Source: Vicugna vicugna (taxonomy: Eukaryota). From it: a stretch of 64,000 nucleotides of DNA. The position numbers and the translations under genes were made by a program. Shown here one piece after another: positions 52,366 through 64,000 of the stretch (position 1 is its first letter; each line of letters opens with the position of its first letter). Where the stretch lies: the NCBI GenBank assembly GCA_013265495.1, contig MU057487.1, positions 806,001 through 870,000 on the forward strand, in the 5' to 3' direction. A model generated the notes under the pieces. It saw only the letters and a list, made by a program, of their open reading frames with translations. It did not search any database and was not told the DNA's origin.

Positions 52366-53755
52366 GTATGGGCTGACTTTGTTTTTCCCATGCTAAGAAT
52401 TTTTTGAAGACTTGTAAACTTTTGACTACTAAGCAGTGAAACAATGTGGAATCTAATATGTTTTTCCCTAAAGTGATTTTTTTAAGGCATTGATCTATCA
52501 CCTTGAGATTCTTGAGAAAATAATTCTTGTGAACAAATAAACTGAAGAAATTCTGTACCTTCTGGAAGATTCATAATCGTCAAAGAATCTGGTTATGGCT
52601 TCAGTAAAGATAACCATTCAAAGTCGTTTAAACCAGCATTTCTTAAAATTAATGAAAAAGATCTTTTTTTTGTTTTGTTTTATTGTAAAACATATCCCTT
52701 AGCAAGAGCCATGATTTTATCTAAATACAGATTGAGGAAAATAACATTTTCTCCTGCAAAGCCATAGTTTTATCTGTAGTTTGCTTTTAATTTTACCAGT
52801 AGTCTTATTTTGATTTCAGATAAAGTTGGTTTAACACATCGCATTTTCCATTTTAAAGAAATTGTGTATAATTGAAAAGTTTTCATGATTTTGATAAATG
52901 AAATTCAAAATATTACCACATATTTTGGATGAAATAAACAATTTTGCTGGATTTCCTAAGATCAATCATGATAATTTTTTGTGATCGATGAAAAGCTATG
53001 GCTCTTGTACAAAAAGCAAAGCCCAGGCCAAAAAAAAAAAAAAGCTAAATAATCTATGGCAAGCATCTAATATTCCTAAAGAAATAATAAATTTTGAAGC
53101 TTCTATCTTTTCACATCTTCCCTAAAAACTGTGGTATGAAGAGATTCTCTGAGAAATCATTACTCCATCTGCATGCTCATCCATCAAGATGACCAAGGGC
53201 AGGGAATTGATAGAGAACCTCTTTCATCTACATTTCCTCCCACAGGACCTAAGGTCCCCACAGGTCCCCGTACATAGGTTTTGAATATGCTCTGAGTGCT
53301 CACTGAAGAGAGGAAAGTGTCCATGCTCTCAGTGATGCCTCCACCTGGTGGGAGAGACACAGATAACAAGCATGAAATTATGCATTTGTGAGAAAATGAC
53401 TATGGAATCCACAAAGCACTACACTGACATGAATTATTACTATTGTTAAGGGAAAATCAAGATGAGCCTTTTGTCAGTGTGTCTGCAGTGTGTGGGAGAT
53501 GTCTCCAACACGTGCACGTCTATCATTCAGTGTAACCGTTTTTGTCCGACATAATTAGTGAAATATAGATTCCATGATCTCTAAGGGCTCTTTCAGAGGG
53601 AACATTCATTGTCTACGCCTCATCTGTATCACAAAATTCAACTCTCACTGACGTTTGACTTTGAGCACAAACTGTCGTCAAGATGCTAACGGGGTGGAGG
53701 GGGAGCCTACAACAAAGGAAACCCTTGGTTCTCATCTATCACCTACTGCCTTTAG

Positions 53756-53870
53756 GAGACACATGCTGCTCTTCACTGCGTCCTCCCCAGTGGGGCACTC
53801 CATACACATCTGCAGCATGGGGACCTTTGTCGTCGGGGACGAAGATGCTGTGCTGCCCAGCTTTGAGCCA
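53756..53870 (+). CDS. ADGB: ADGB exon ~19 (115 nt): RHMLLFTASSPVGHSIHICSMGTFVVGDEDAVLPSFEP
   Basis: ctttag|G ... CCA|gtaaat. Confidence 0.95.
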
Positions 53871-53894
53871 GTAAATATTTTAGCAGCTGTGATT

Positions 53895-53927
53895 TGTGTG
53901 TGTGTGTGTGTGTGTGTGCACGCGCGC
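53895..53927. repeat. (TG)12 CA (CG)n alternating purine-pyrimidine tract
   Basis: direct reading. Confidence 0.95.
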
Positions 53928-54222
53928 CTTATTTTCAAAGATTTTGAACTATTCATACTGTGGAGAAAATTCCCCTGGTTCCCAGTGTGAGGTCAGTGTT
54001 CTTTCTACGTGTCCCTACTACTGCAGGAATGTGTTCCTAGTTTTATGTCTCTCGGACCGTAGCACCTAACAAAATGCTTTGATCAAGTAAGTCCTCCATG
54101 AGTAACTATTAAATCAACTGTAGAGCAGATGTTAAATATATTAACAGAAATTAGATCTTTATAAACTGAATTACACTTAAAGAAACAGAAGTGAGGCTGA
54201 CCACTCTGCTTTGTCTCCACAG

Positions 54223-54390
54223 GAGAGTTATCGATTTACAGAGCAGTCTTTAACAATTTTGAAAGCGGTTGGACACGTGATTGCTAATTTCAAGAATAAG
54301 GGTAGACTCTCTGCAGCTCTGAAAGATCTGCAAACAGCTCACTACCCTATCCCCCTGCAGGACAAAGCACTAACTGCGCAGCACTTCAGG
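54223..54390 (+). CDS. ADGB: ADGB exon ~20 (168 nt), globin helices E-F-start of G: ESYRFTEQSLTILKAVGHVIANFKNKGRLSAALKDLQTAHYPIPLQDKALTAQHFR
   Basis: ccacag|GAG ... AGG|gtaagt; distal E7 Gln codon 54244-54246, proximal F8 His codon 54340-54342. Confidence 0.96.
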
Positions 54391-54454
54391 GTAAGTGTGT
54401 TCAGGTTATAATGTTCCTAGAAGAATGTTCTTTTTGAAATAATACATCTCATAT

Positions 54455-54830
54455 TAGGTGACCTCCAGAATCAGAGCTGAGAAAATGCTTCAGTTGGAGA
54501 CAGTTCATTTGGGAAGTGACGTCAGCAAGTGGAAATGAGTGAGTAGGAAGAATGAGATGAGAAAGAGATGAATGTTCATTAAAGGGTGTGATAATTATTG
54601 CTGTGGGCTACTGGAGCTGTATCCTCCAGGAGATCCTAATAAACGATGTAGGACATCCCTCAGGAGGGTCCCGCTAATGGATAAGGTGATTGTGGCATTT
54701 ATCCAGCAACCCCTTCCCGGCTCTCAGGTGCATTTACTTCCTCACACTTACAACTTGTGCCTCTGCTGGGGCTGAGCAGCATTCTGGCTTCACAGGAAGC
54801 CTTGAGGGATTGAAGCAAAGAGACTTTGTG
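54455..54830 (-). mobile_element. ERVL LTR (LTR33/LTR16-like)
   Basis: ccagaatcagagctgaga...ttcatttgggaagtga...ggcatttatccagcaacccc. Confidence 0.55.
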
Positions 54831-54834
54831 GTAC

Positions 54835-55000
54835 CCCCTACACACTGTTGACATTTTGCGCTAGATGATTTCTGTTGTGATCCTGACCCATCAGTAGCAA
54901 TAAGGTTTCCCTACACCCTCTAGACACACATAGCATCCTGTTGTGAAAACTAAAAATGATATTAGACATTGTCAAGTGTCCCTTGGGGAGTAGTGTAACT
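54835..55000. mobile_element. MER20-like hAT-Charlie relic
   Basis: cactgttgacattttgcgctagatgatt...aaaaatgatattagacattgtcaagtgtccc. Confidence 0.7.
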
Positions 55001-55049
55001 AGAGTTAGCAAATGAAAATACAAGACACCCAGTTAAATTTGTTTCACTA

Positions 55050-55380
55050 AAGATTTAATTTTTAGAGTAGTTTCAGGTTCATCACAAAATTGGGCAGATG
55101 GAGGTTTCCCAAGATTTCTCCTGCCCCTACACATGCCTTCCCCATTATCAACGCCCTCTACAAGTGGTCCAGTTGTTACAACTGGTGAAGCTACATTGAC
55201 ACGTCAATCGCTCAAAGTCCGTAGTTTACATTGGGGTTCACTCTTGGTGTTGTACGTTCTGTGGGTTAGGACAGATGCATAATGACATGTATCTATCGTT
55301 GTAGTGTCATAGATAATAGTTTCAGTGCCCTGAAAATCCTATGTGTTCCCCTACCCCAAGCCCTGGCAATCATTGATCGA
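55050..55380 (-). mobile_element. L1MC-like 3' end
   Basis: tttttagagtagtttcaggttcatcacaaaattg...tagtttacattggggttcactcttggtgttgtac. Confidence 0.8.
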
Positions 55381-57304
55381 GAGTGGGAGGATTAACATAA
55401 TCATGTATTTTTAAAAAATTTTTTACCTTAGATGTTGAAATATTTAGGGCATTTTATTAGCATGTCACAGAAGACACATCAAATTCATTAAGCCACAACA
55501 AGGAGCTGGGTGTTTTGATTCATTATAAGGTACGGAGACATCTTCTTGGCACCCAAGGACAGGAATGACTCAGTGAGGAACTTCAAAGAGGGAATAGAAA
55601 GCTCTTAGAACTTACCTTCTCTATTTTTTTTTTCTCTTTATAGACATGTTTTCTCTTCTAAGCTCACATCATGGAAAATATGGCCCCTGAATTTTCTATT
55701 GCTTTCTCATATGAGGCCAGTTTAGAATGTTTTGATCCTGATTTGAAATTATTGGCCAAAGTGACAGTGATTTGCTCAGCTTGGGTTAGGTGCTTGCTCG
55801 CAGACCTGTTCACTATTGTCGGCTGATGGGGCAGGTACAAATGTAGATTGTGGGATTAAGTCCTTGTTCCTATACATATGGGGAGAGGTGAGGAGTTGTC
55901 AGACAATGTGGACTAAGCAGGAAATGCAAAAGTCACATGCCTGTGAAGGGCACTGTATTTCACCAATTCTGAGATGAACATTGCTTTTCACACTTTGACA
56001 TCAGAATGAAATCAGAGTGTGTTTTATAATTGGTGATTCCTTATCATCCTTGCTAGCCAGGTGGCCTCCAGCATCCTCTGCACACAACGTGGACTTGTTC
56101 ACAGTAATTGACACTGTCTCTGCCTCAAAGGAAATATGTGTATCGTTTGACAAAAGCCTGATCCTTAGGGGAAGAAAATGAAATGGCATTTTAGAGTCCC
56201 TTAAAGAAACATGAAGGGAAAGGGGTTTTCCTCATATCGGAATAACTCCCGCAGGGCTCAGGAAAAGAGAAGAGAAGGTATGACTGGCTAAGAGTCACCA
56301 GAAATAGTGCCCTGGGACCCCTACCTAATACACCAAGCACATTACTCCCTGTGAACATGTATATAGCTACAAGCAAGCAGAAATGTGCAGTGGCTTGGTT
56401 GTTATTCTCAGCAGCATGACTGGATAAATGGAATCCCACAGCATTTCAGGATAAAAACCATGAAAAAGAACTTTGAAGAAGGAATATGTGCTCTGAAAAC
56501 GTACCGTCTGTCCTCTTTGATGAGATCAAGAGTGAGCCAGCATCAGCACTTACTGAACGTGGGTCAGTGCCTTGAGAAAAACCTCAGGGACAAAAGGAGA
56601 GCCATCTATGGGCAATGGTGCATCTTCAAAGCTTTGGACAACATGAAGGACAAAATCATATAGAAAAATAAAGATACTAAGAGTTTTCAAAAAGTGATTT
56701 GCAAGAGTAGGAGTTTAAGTATGAATAAGTTTACAGAATACTTAACCAATCTGTGTAGTTTATTTTATTTTTTCATGTATGTTTTAAATGTGATACATAA
56801 TGAAAAGGCTATACCTAAGTAAATTTAAAAGAGCTTTCTCAATAGGAAGTAAATACTCATAAGTGATAAGAAAGTGATAAAAACTTTGAGTGGTGTATTT
56901 TCTTTCGTGTAACACGTGAAATAATAGTGTCTTGCAATGGATGTCTTACAATTCTTAGACTAAAAGAAATCTGGTATTTAACTTGCTTAGTCAAAAGAAA
57001 GATATTTTTATCTCATATTATAGCTTCTCAATCAGTTTAATGTTATATTTTGATTGAAAATATATTATAAACATTGTTGTAGTGATTAAATCTTATCAAG
57101 TTAAAATTAGTCAAATGATAAATTACTTTGGTCTCTTTCTAGTTGAGGGAGACTTCAAAGGGTCTTCCGTTAGACAGTGTGTTCATATGAGAAATATGTA
57201 GTTTTTATTTGTAGAGTATCTGAAGTTTTTTAGAGTCTCTCTGTTCAGAGAATAGTATTATCTTGGTTTTTAAAAATATACTAATGCATTTTATCTTTTT
57301 TCAG

Positions 57305-57440
57305 GTTTTTCATGTTTCTTTATGGCGTTTAATGAAAAAAGCCCAAATAGCAAAACTTCCTCCCAACCTCAAATTTGCCTTCCGTGCTATGGTTTTGGAC
57401 TTGGATTTACTCGATTCTTCTCTGGAAGAGGCTTCTTTAG
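57305..57440 (+). CDS. ADGB: ADGB exon ~21 (136 nt), globin helices G-H: VFHVSLWRLMKKAQIAKLPPNLKFAFRAMVLDLDLLDSSLEEASL
   Basis: tttcag|GTT ... G|gtactg. Confidence 0.95.
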
Positions 57441-58072
57441 GTACTGATTAATTTGAGATATTTATGTGGCAAAGGAATTCATAGCCTTAGAAAGGCTAAA
57501 TAATTGGAGGAAAGAGCACTGACAATTTTGGGGAGTAGGTGGAATAAGTATGAACAGTTGTTGAGGTCCAGCTATGCTCAAGAAGCCTAAAGGTTCCCAA
57601 AGATCTGATGTGTGTCTCCTCTTCTGCACACTTCCAGGGAAGCCTAGAATTTCCTAGTTTTACTTTTTCCTGACCTGGAAAAGTATGACAGTCACTAATC
57701 TATACAGTACCACCTGAGGAATTCTGGGAAGATTCTCTGATCTAAGTAACCCTCATTTCCTCATCTTCCAATGCTCCATTCCCACCATTTTAACATTTTC
57801 TCTCCATTATAAGAGAACCTGCTTGCTGTCACAGAGAAATCAGTAATAGTTCGCTCTCAGTGTCCATACTGTGTCAATATTTAGTGTTTCCCTTCTCCAG
57901 AATGTTTATAGTCTAAAAAACGACCACCTGCAGAAGAACACAGTTAAATGTAAGAACCCATCTGTCACTGTGGTGCTGTATATATTGGAGGGCTTTAATA
58001 GTTAACGGCATTGAGAACTGAGGTGGAGATAACATGTAACTTTCAGTCCAAAGTTTGTTTTTCTCTTTCCAG

Positions 58073-58210
58073 AGGAATGGGTAGATATTAAATATAACGT
58101 GCCAACAAGTGATAAAGACTATTTTTCTGAGGAAATAACAGCGGCAATTAAAATTCAAGCCATGTGGAGAGGGACATATGTCAGATTGCTTATGAAAGCC
58201 AGGACACCAG
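58073..58210 (+). CDS. ADGB: ADGB exon ~22 (138 nt), IQ calmodulin-binding motif: EWVDIKYNVPTSDKDYFSEEITAAIKIQAMWRGTYVRLLMKARTP
   Basis: ttccag|AG ... G|gtataa; IQxxWRGxxxR at 58153-58185. Confidence 0.96.
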
Positions 58211-59887
58211 GTATAATCTTTCAATCATTTATAAAATGAAATTGCATCTGTAGAGGTGAGTATTTGTTTATGTGTTAACAAAAAGATTTTTAGAGTCATT
58301 CTACTTTATGGCTCAGCTAATCTTTATTTTAATTCTATAAACACTGAAATCCCTTGAGTTCAGGATGCATGTCAGTACACTCATGCTCTTGTTCCTGGAA
58401 TTTAGTGCAGTGCCTGCCACCAAAGAAGGACACAACAAATACTTGTTGAAAAAAATGAATGAATGAGTGAACAGCTCTATTTTACCAATCTATTTTATGT
58501 TCTTTAAAAACAGGAAACAGTCCTTTTTCTCCGTACCTCCCCAGTGCCTAGCAGAATGCTGCTGCAGTCAGTTTTAGTGAAGTCATAGATAGTTTAAGAT
58601 TTCTAGACCATTTTTCAAAGGATTGAATGATAGAATAAGTGAATGAATAAATTAATTAATTGAAGAAGCTTCCATATATGTCCACGATGACATATGCCTT
58701 CTAAATGTATTATTATATTTATTAAATCAAATATATTTGTGTATGTGAAATAAACTATTTTGTGAGCAGATCTATCTTATCAGCTCAAAAATAAAACACT
58801 GCAGAGGCAAAAGTTGCATTCAATTATTTTCATTCTGCAATTGTTGTTGACATTTTTATAGAAAAAGCCTTGCCTCCAATGGATTTCTCTGAGTATACTG
58901 AAACATTTTGCTGTAAAAATGTCTCTGAAACATTTAATGAGAAACATTGAAATGTTAATCTAAGCAGTAAAAACTAGATATAGAAATGTAAAACAAACTA
59001 TGTTGCATATTTTCGTGATAGAAAAAGATTACTGTTGCTTGATTTTTATATTTTTTTCTATCAGAAAAAATAATCATAAATCCATCAAATTAAATATGTG
59101 GTAAAATACACTTCTTGTCGTCTCTATATGCTATAAAAATTCTATTCACACAATAATTTTTTCAATTTATAAAGGCAAAAATGAGCAGCTTAATAATGTT
59201 TTAAGATCATTTGCATTCTCTCACTCAACACTTTTATTGAATAACTCTTGCATGCACAGCACCATTCTAGATTCTGCCTTTACAGAAATTAAGAAAATTG
59301 ACAAGGTTTCTGCTCGGAGGAATCTTGGGTTCTACTGATGACAAGCATACAATAGAAAGTAAATGTATTAAGATACTAATGTCAGATACTGGTAAGTACT
59401 ATGAAGACATTAAGATAATCAGGAAAAAAAAAAAGCCAGTTTCTGTCATGTTAAATTTGAGACACTATGATGTAGATTATGCTTTAGATTAAGCTTCAGG
59501 GAGATCCTATTAGCCATTGCTTTGTAGAAAAAAACTGGAAGGATTATTTTTTTCAGATATAAGAGGTTTCATAAGGATTTTTAGTGTGAAAAGTGACCTC
59601 CTGATGTAAACTCTTTGATGAGTACCTTCAGTTAGATCAAAGAGAGTGTTCTGATTTTTAAGCCGAAGATGAAAGGAAACAGCATAAAATGGGAAGCAGA
59701 GCTCTCGACTATAGGTTCATAGTTTTATATTTGAAATACGGTTTTCTTGCCAGTAAATCTATGACTTTGGATATCATCTTACTTGAGACTTTCAACTCCT
59801 TCAACTGTAAAAGGAGGGTTTAGAACAAGATGGTTTTTCAGGCACCTTCCAGCTTTTATATTGCTACTTTTTATTGTTATTTTTTAG

Positions 59888-59981
59888 ACACAAAGGAAAA
59901 TATTAGTGTTGCAGATACTCTTCAAAAAGTCTGGGCTGTACTGGAACAGAATATAGAACATTATGCAATTTCTCTCCTAAG
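59888..59981 (+). CDS. ADGB: ADGB exon ~23 (94 nt), globin helices A-B: TKENISVADTLQKVWAVLEQNIEHYAISLL
   Basis: tttttag|AC ... AG|gtaaat; A-helix Trp (KVWA). Confidence 0.95.
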
Positions 59982-60399
59982 GTAAATCTGTGTAATGCTA
60001 TTTTTATTGCTTTATTTTGGTATCCTTCAAGTTCTAGTTCAAATGCTACCGTATTCATTGAGTTTTCCCTAATCCCTATAGCTAGAAACACACCACTGCT
60101 TCTGAACTTTTACTCATTTCACACTCATTACTTTTCATTTATTGTAATTGCACTTATCTAAAATTCTAAACAGACAACCTCTGAGAAGCAGAATCGTTTT
60201 TTGAAATCTTTTGGTCCTAAGGAGACCAAAGTTAGAGTTTAGGACCTGCTAAGGGAGGGGACTCCAGTAAACAATTAAAGTTGTCAGTTGAAATCCCTGG
60301 AGGGCAACATTCTAGAAACTGAGACAAGTGTGAAGTAGACTGAGCTTTAGGGAAACTGCATTCTAACCAGAAACCAAGTTCCGGGCAGGATACTCTGAA

Positions 60400-61200
60400 G
60401 AAACTAAGAGAAAATTATATACATATGAAAGAAGCAGACCATCTGGTGATGTAAGAGTTAGCAGATCAAATCTCTAAAGGTAACTATTATGGAAATGCCC
60501 AAGAAAATAAAGAATAAAGTAAGAGAAAATAGATTAAAAGGTTAGATGAATAAAGCACAGTCAAATGGAAATTACTTAAATGAGATTTTTAACAACTGAA
60601 ATTTTAAACTTTTCAATGGGTTTAACAGCAGCAGATCAGGCAAAATAGAGAAAGAGATGAGTGAACTGGGAGATAGGGCAATAGAAAAGTTTCCAACTGA
60701 AGCATAGGAGGAAATAAATAGAAGATAAGGAAAGAGCTAAGGGACATGTGGAACACACTTAGAAAGTCTACTATTTATATAATTATAGTCCCAGAATGTA
60801 AAAGGATAATAGCTGATAAATTTCCAAAACTGATCAAATACATCAACCTGTATTTTCAAAAGATTCTTCATGGAGACTCCACGTAGGGAGGACACAAAGA
60901 CTCATCATGGTTAAAATGCTTAAATTCAAAGGCCAAAAGATAAACCTTCGAAGTAACCAGAGAAATAAGACGTACTATTTTCAAAGGACAATCGGGCTAA
61001 TAGCTATGTGTGGTAATAAATCCACACCCTTAGCAATGCAAAATGCAGGAGTTGGATAAAGGGTTTTAAAGGGTTCTCGGGTTCTGGCATTACTGCAGAA
61101 ATGGTGAAAGTAATCATCTAGGTAAAACTCTGGTAGGGCTAGGATGCATAATATATTCTCTAGCAATATGCTAATAGATCAACTAGTGAATTTAAGAAAT
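60400..61200 (+). mobile_element. Old L1 ORF1-like fragment
   Basis: A-rich; atgggtttaacagcag...gagatgagtgaactgg motifs. Confidence 0.55.
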
Positions 61201-61209
61201 CAGATTAAT

Positions 61210-61597
61210 CTTACACATCTTCCAGATAAAAAGGAAAAAAGAGGAAACATTTACCACATTGGAATCTAAAAAAGAAAAAAAAAAGGATACTATGAACTCA
61301 TCTACAAAACAGAGACTCACAGATATAGTAAACAATCTTATGGTTACGGGGGAAAGGGGACGGGAAGAGATAAATTTGGGAGTTTGAGATTTACAAATGT
61401 TGGCCACTATATATAAAAATAGATTTTAAAAATTTCTTCTGTATAGCACAGGGAACTATGTTCAATATCTTGTAATAACCTTTAATGAAAAAAATATGAA
61501 AATGAATATATGTATGTGTATGCATGACTGGAACATTGGGCTGTACACTAGAAATTGACACAATGTAACTGATGGTACTTAAATTAAAAAAAAAAAT
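61210..61597 (+). mobile_element. Camelid/artiodactyl L1 3' end
   Basis: atgaactcatctacaaaacagagactcacaga...ctgtatagcacagggaacta...poly-A. Confidence 0.85.
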
Positions 61598-61629
61598 CAC
61601 AAACACTCAATGAGACCAGAAGAAAAAAA

Positions 61630-61760
61630 CAAGACCTAATGCTAACCCCAGTTCTACTAATTATCAGATGTGTGACCTGGGGTAAGTTTCTTATCCTCTC
61701 TGAAGTTAATTTTTTTTCATCTGTAATATAAGGAAAATAATACCTACCTCAAAGTACTAT
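61630..61760 (+). mobile_element. MIR SINE
   Basis: tgtgtgacctggggtaagtttcttatcctctctg...ttcatctgtaa. Confidence 0.75.
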
Positions 61761-62255
61761 TCCTTTATAAATATTGCTACTATTGTTACTACTGCATGGG
61801 TAATTTTGAGGTCCTGGAGCCTAGCCTTGCATTCTCAGATCTTACAGTGCACCACTTCTCCAAGCTGACTCTGGGCAAGGCTCAATTTACCAAAATAACT
61901 TTCTCTCTGCCCTAGGATGCAAAGTTAAAACTTATCTTTCTGTCAGGGATACATCCCTCTCTGGGTCATTCAGGACATTCCACATGGTACATCAGGATTG
62001 TGATGGTCCTATACTCATTAGAATTTCCTAAAGTGTATGAAAAATAGTAGAATGTATGATGAGAATGGAAACAGTCTGAAAAGCCTTTAAATTTTATCTT
62101 ATCTTAGAATGGTGGTCCCATCATTCTCAGTTCCCTGTGTGACCTGCTTAGTTCCTGAGTTGGCTCAGCCAACACCCACATTTAGACTCGGCCAGTCCCT
62201 GTGTGATTGACAGTGGTGCTCTGTACTGACAGATCATCACGTTGTAGTTCCTAGT

Positions 62256-62390
62256 GAGGATGATCAAGTTATTTATCATCCAAACTGGGACACTCTGACA
62301 GGGGAAGAGGGAGCACTATTAATAATTACGCCAGGGCTCTGAGCATAAACCAGGACTGCCCCAGGCAAACCAGAATATATAATTACTCTG
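62256..62390 (+). mobile_element. MER94-like hAT-Blackjack MITE
   Basis: atttatcatccaaactgggacact...ctattaataattacgcc...aaaccaggactgccccaggcaaacc. Confidence 0.8.
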
Positions 62391-63373
62391 GTCTTTGTTT
62401 TTGCCATTATTTTCAAAAGCTTTTAAAAATCTCTTCAAATATAAACCTATCATTTTCTTTCCACCACCAAAGACCAGTGAGCAAATGGAGCAGCTGAACC
62501 CTATTCTCTCACCGTGAGGAGCTCTATGGCTTTGCTTCCCACTGACAGTACAATTAAACCAGCCACCTTCTGGAAGCCAAGAACACCTCTAGCTCTGTCT
62601 GGACCTCTAACAGAGACCCATTGTCTATGGCCATTTATAGCTTCCATCCCAGCTAATACCCAAGATGTTATACAAGAGACTTTAGATTCCTGATGCTAGT
62701 GAGGCTGGTTCTGGTTCCTGGCAGAGTGGGAGGTACAAGACCCAGATGATTCTCTCATCACTTCCATCATGTTCTGGAATATTCCACAGCCTTCCAGGGG
62801 GCAATCATGGAGAAACCTCAGCTGCACACACCCCTCCCTCAGGCACCAGAAATAAAGTAGCAGGAAAACTCTGGCGCTCTCCCCTTCGTCATAACCTGTG
62901 TTTTTAGGGCTTTATTTTACTCATCTTTTCTAAATTCATTCCTCACTTTAAACTCCATTCCAGTATTGATTTTCTGCATCAACCCCAGACCTTCAGTGGC
63001 TTCCACCCAGTTTTATTGCTAGTTTGCCTGCTTCTAGTTTTCTCACCCTTATAGCTTGAATTTTGGTTCTAATTTCCCACCTATAAACTTCAGTTACTCC
63101 CTAGACCAGGAGTTAGGTTCTCTGTCAACTAAGAACTTCAGATAATCTTGGGCACCTTTGAGAGACATCTTTCATGGTTGACCTGGAATGGGCTCCCCTG
63201 CCTGGGTGCCACATACCATGAGCCGTACTGGCCCCCTTTTAAAGAAGGATTCAATCTAGCCAACAATGGACTGCAATATTTTATGCTACTTTTTTGCCTA
63301 TTTCTTTTTTTTATGGAATTTATTTTAAAAGTTGCTTTTGCTACTGGTACTTACATTATTTTTACATTTATAG

Positions 63374-63508
63374 ACTAATGTTTAAAAGCAAGTGCAGGTC
63401 TATGGAATCTTACCCATGCTATCAAGATGAAGACACTAAGATTGCTTTTGCTGACTATACAGTGACTTATGCAGACCAACCACCAAATACTTGGTTTATA
63501 GTATTCAG
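63374..63508 (+). CDS. ADGB: ADGB exon ~24 (135 nt), end of globin B-C and beyond: LMFKSKCRSMESYPCYQDEDTKIAFADYTVTYADQPPNTWFIVF
   Basis: ttatag|A ... AG|gtgagg. Confidence 0.95.
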
Positions 63509-64000
63509 GTGAGGCTATCATATGTTAGCAAGTGATTTCACCCTTAACTGGCATGAAATAGTCATATACATAGAGCTTTATTTGTGATAGTAGTAAAAAT
63601 ATGAACATTTAAGTTGCTTTCAGAGCTTAAATTTTCTTCCATATCTGCTATGCATAAATGAGATTATAGAAAATTTTTTTATTCATATTTCTTTAAACAA
63701 TATATGAGGAATGTGAACTTACTTATTAGGTCTTTTTATGAGTGTGGTAAACATAATATAGTAAATTTATATACTTTCAGTATATAAATAAATCATTTAA
63801 ATTCTGAGCAACAGCATATTAGGTAAAAGTCACAAATTACTTATAAAATGGGTTTCTTAAAGGGTTTGCATTTACATGACCAAGTAGTATATTAATAATA
63901 ATTTTAAAGGAAAACTGTGTACATTTAAGTTATTTGCAACTTTAAACTTTTTTATTTCTTAGCATCAAACCTGATTTCGAACTTTCTTTGTGACTTATGT

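Larger units (their letters stand above)
7926..63508 (+). other. ADGB: Androglobin gene body (partial; 19 coding exons, gene continues past both window edges)
   Basis: Spliced exons give an open frame of about 803 codons with calpain motifs (WRKITIDDFLP, LWPMLLSKAIIKL), an IQ motif and globin F8 His (TAHYP); every junction phase is compatible. Confidence 0.97.

Overview
Mammalian genomic DNA, most likely a camelid: it carries two Vic-1-type tRNA-derived SINEs. The window holds 19 consecutive + strand coding exons (7926-63508, 2411 nt, all AG/GT bounded, phase-compatible and stop-free) of androglobin (ADGB), and the flanks appear to be ADGB introns. By my recall of the human gene these are about exons 6-24; that numbering was not checked. 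They encode most of the calpain-like protease domain, a C2-like/linker region, and the circularly permuted globin domain (helices E-H, then an IQ calmodulin-binding motif, then helices A-C). Introns are filled with L1, L2, MIR, HAL1, ERV LTR and DNA-transposon relics; subfamily names come from recalled consensus sequences and are approximate. The most interesting observations are: the ancestral globin introns G7.0 and B12.2 in reversed order; a candidate calpain catalytic His far downstream of the usually drawn domain; a Cys-to-Tyr change at the start of the globin domain; a shifted exon 15 acceptor; a SINE+L1 chimeric insertion with a single TSD; and an intronic RFX X-box plus CTCF cluster. 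No prokaryotic-type systems were seen, and ADGB itself is a known gene.
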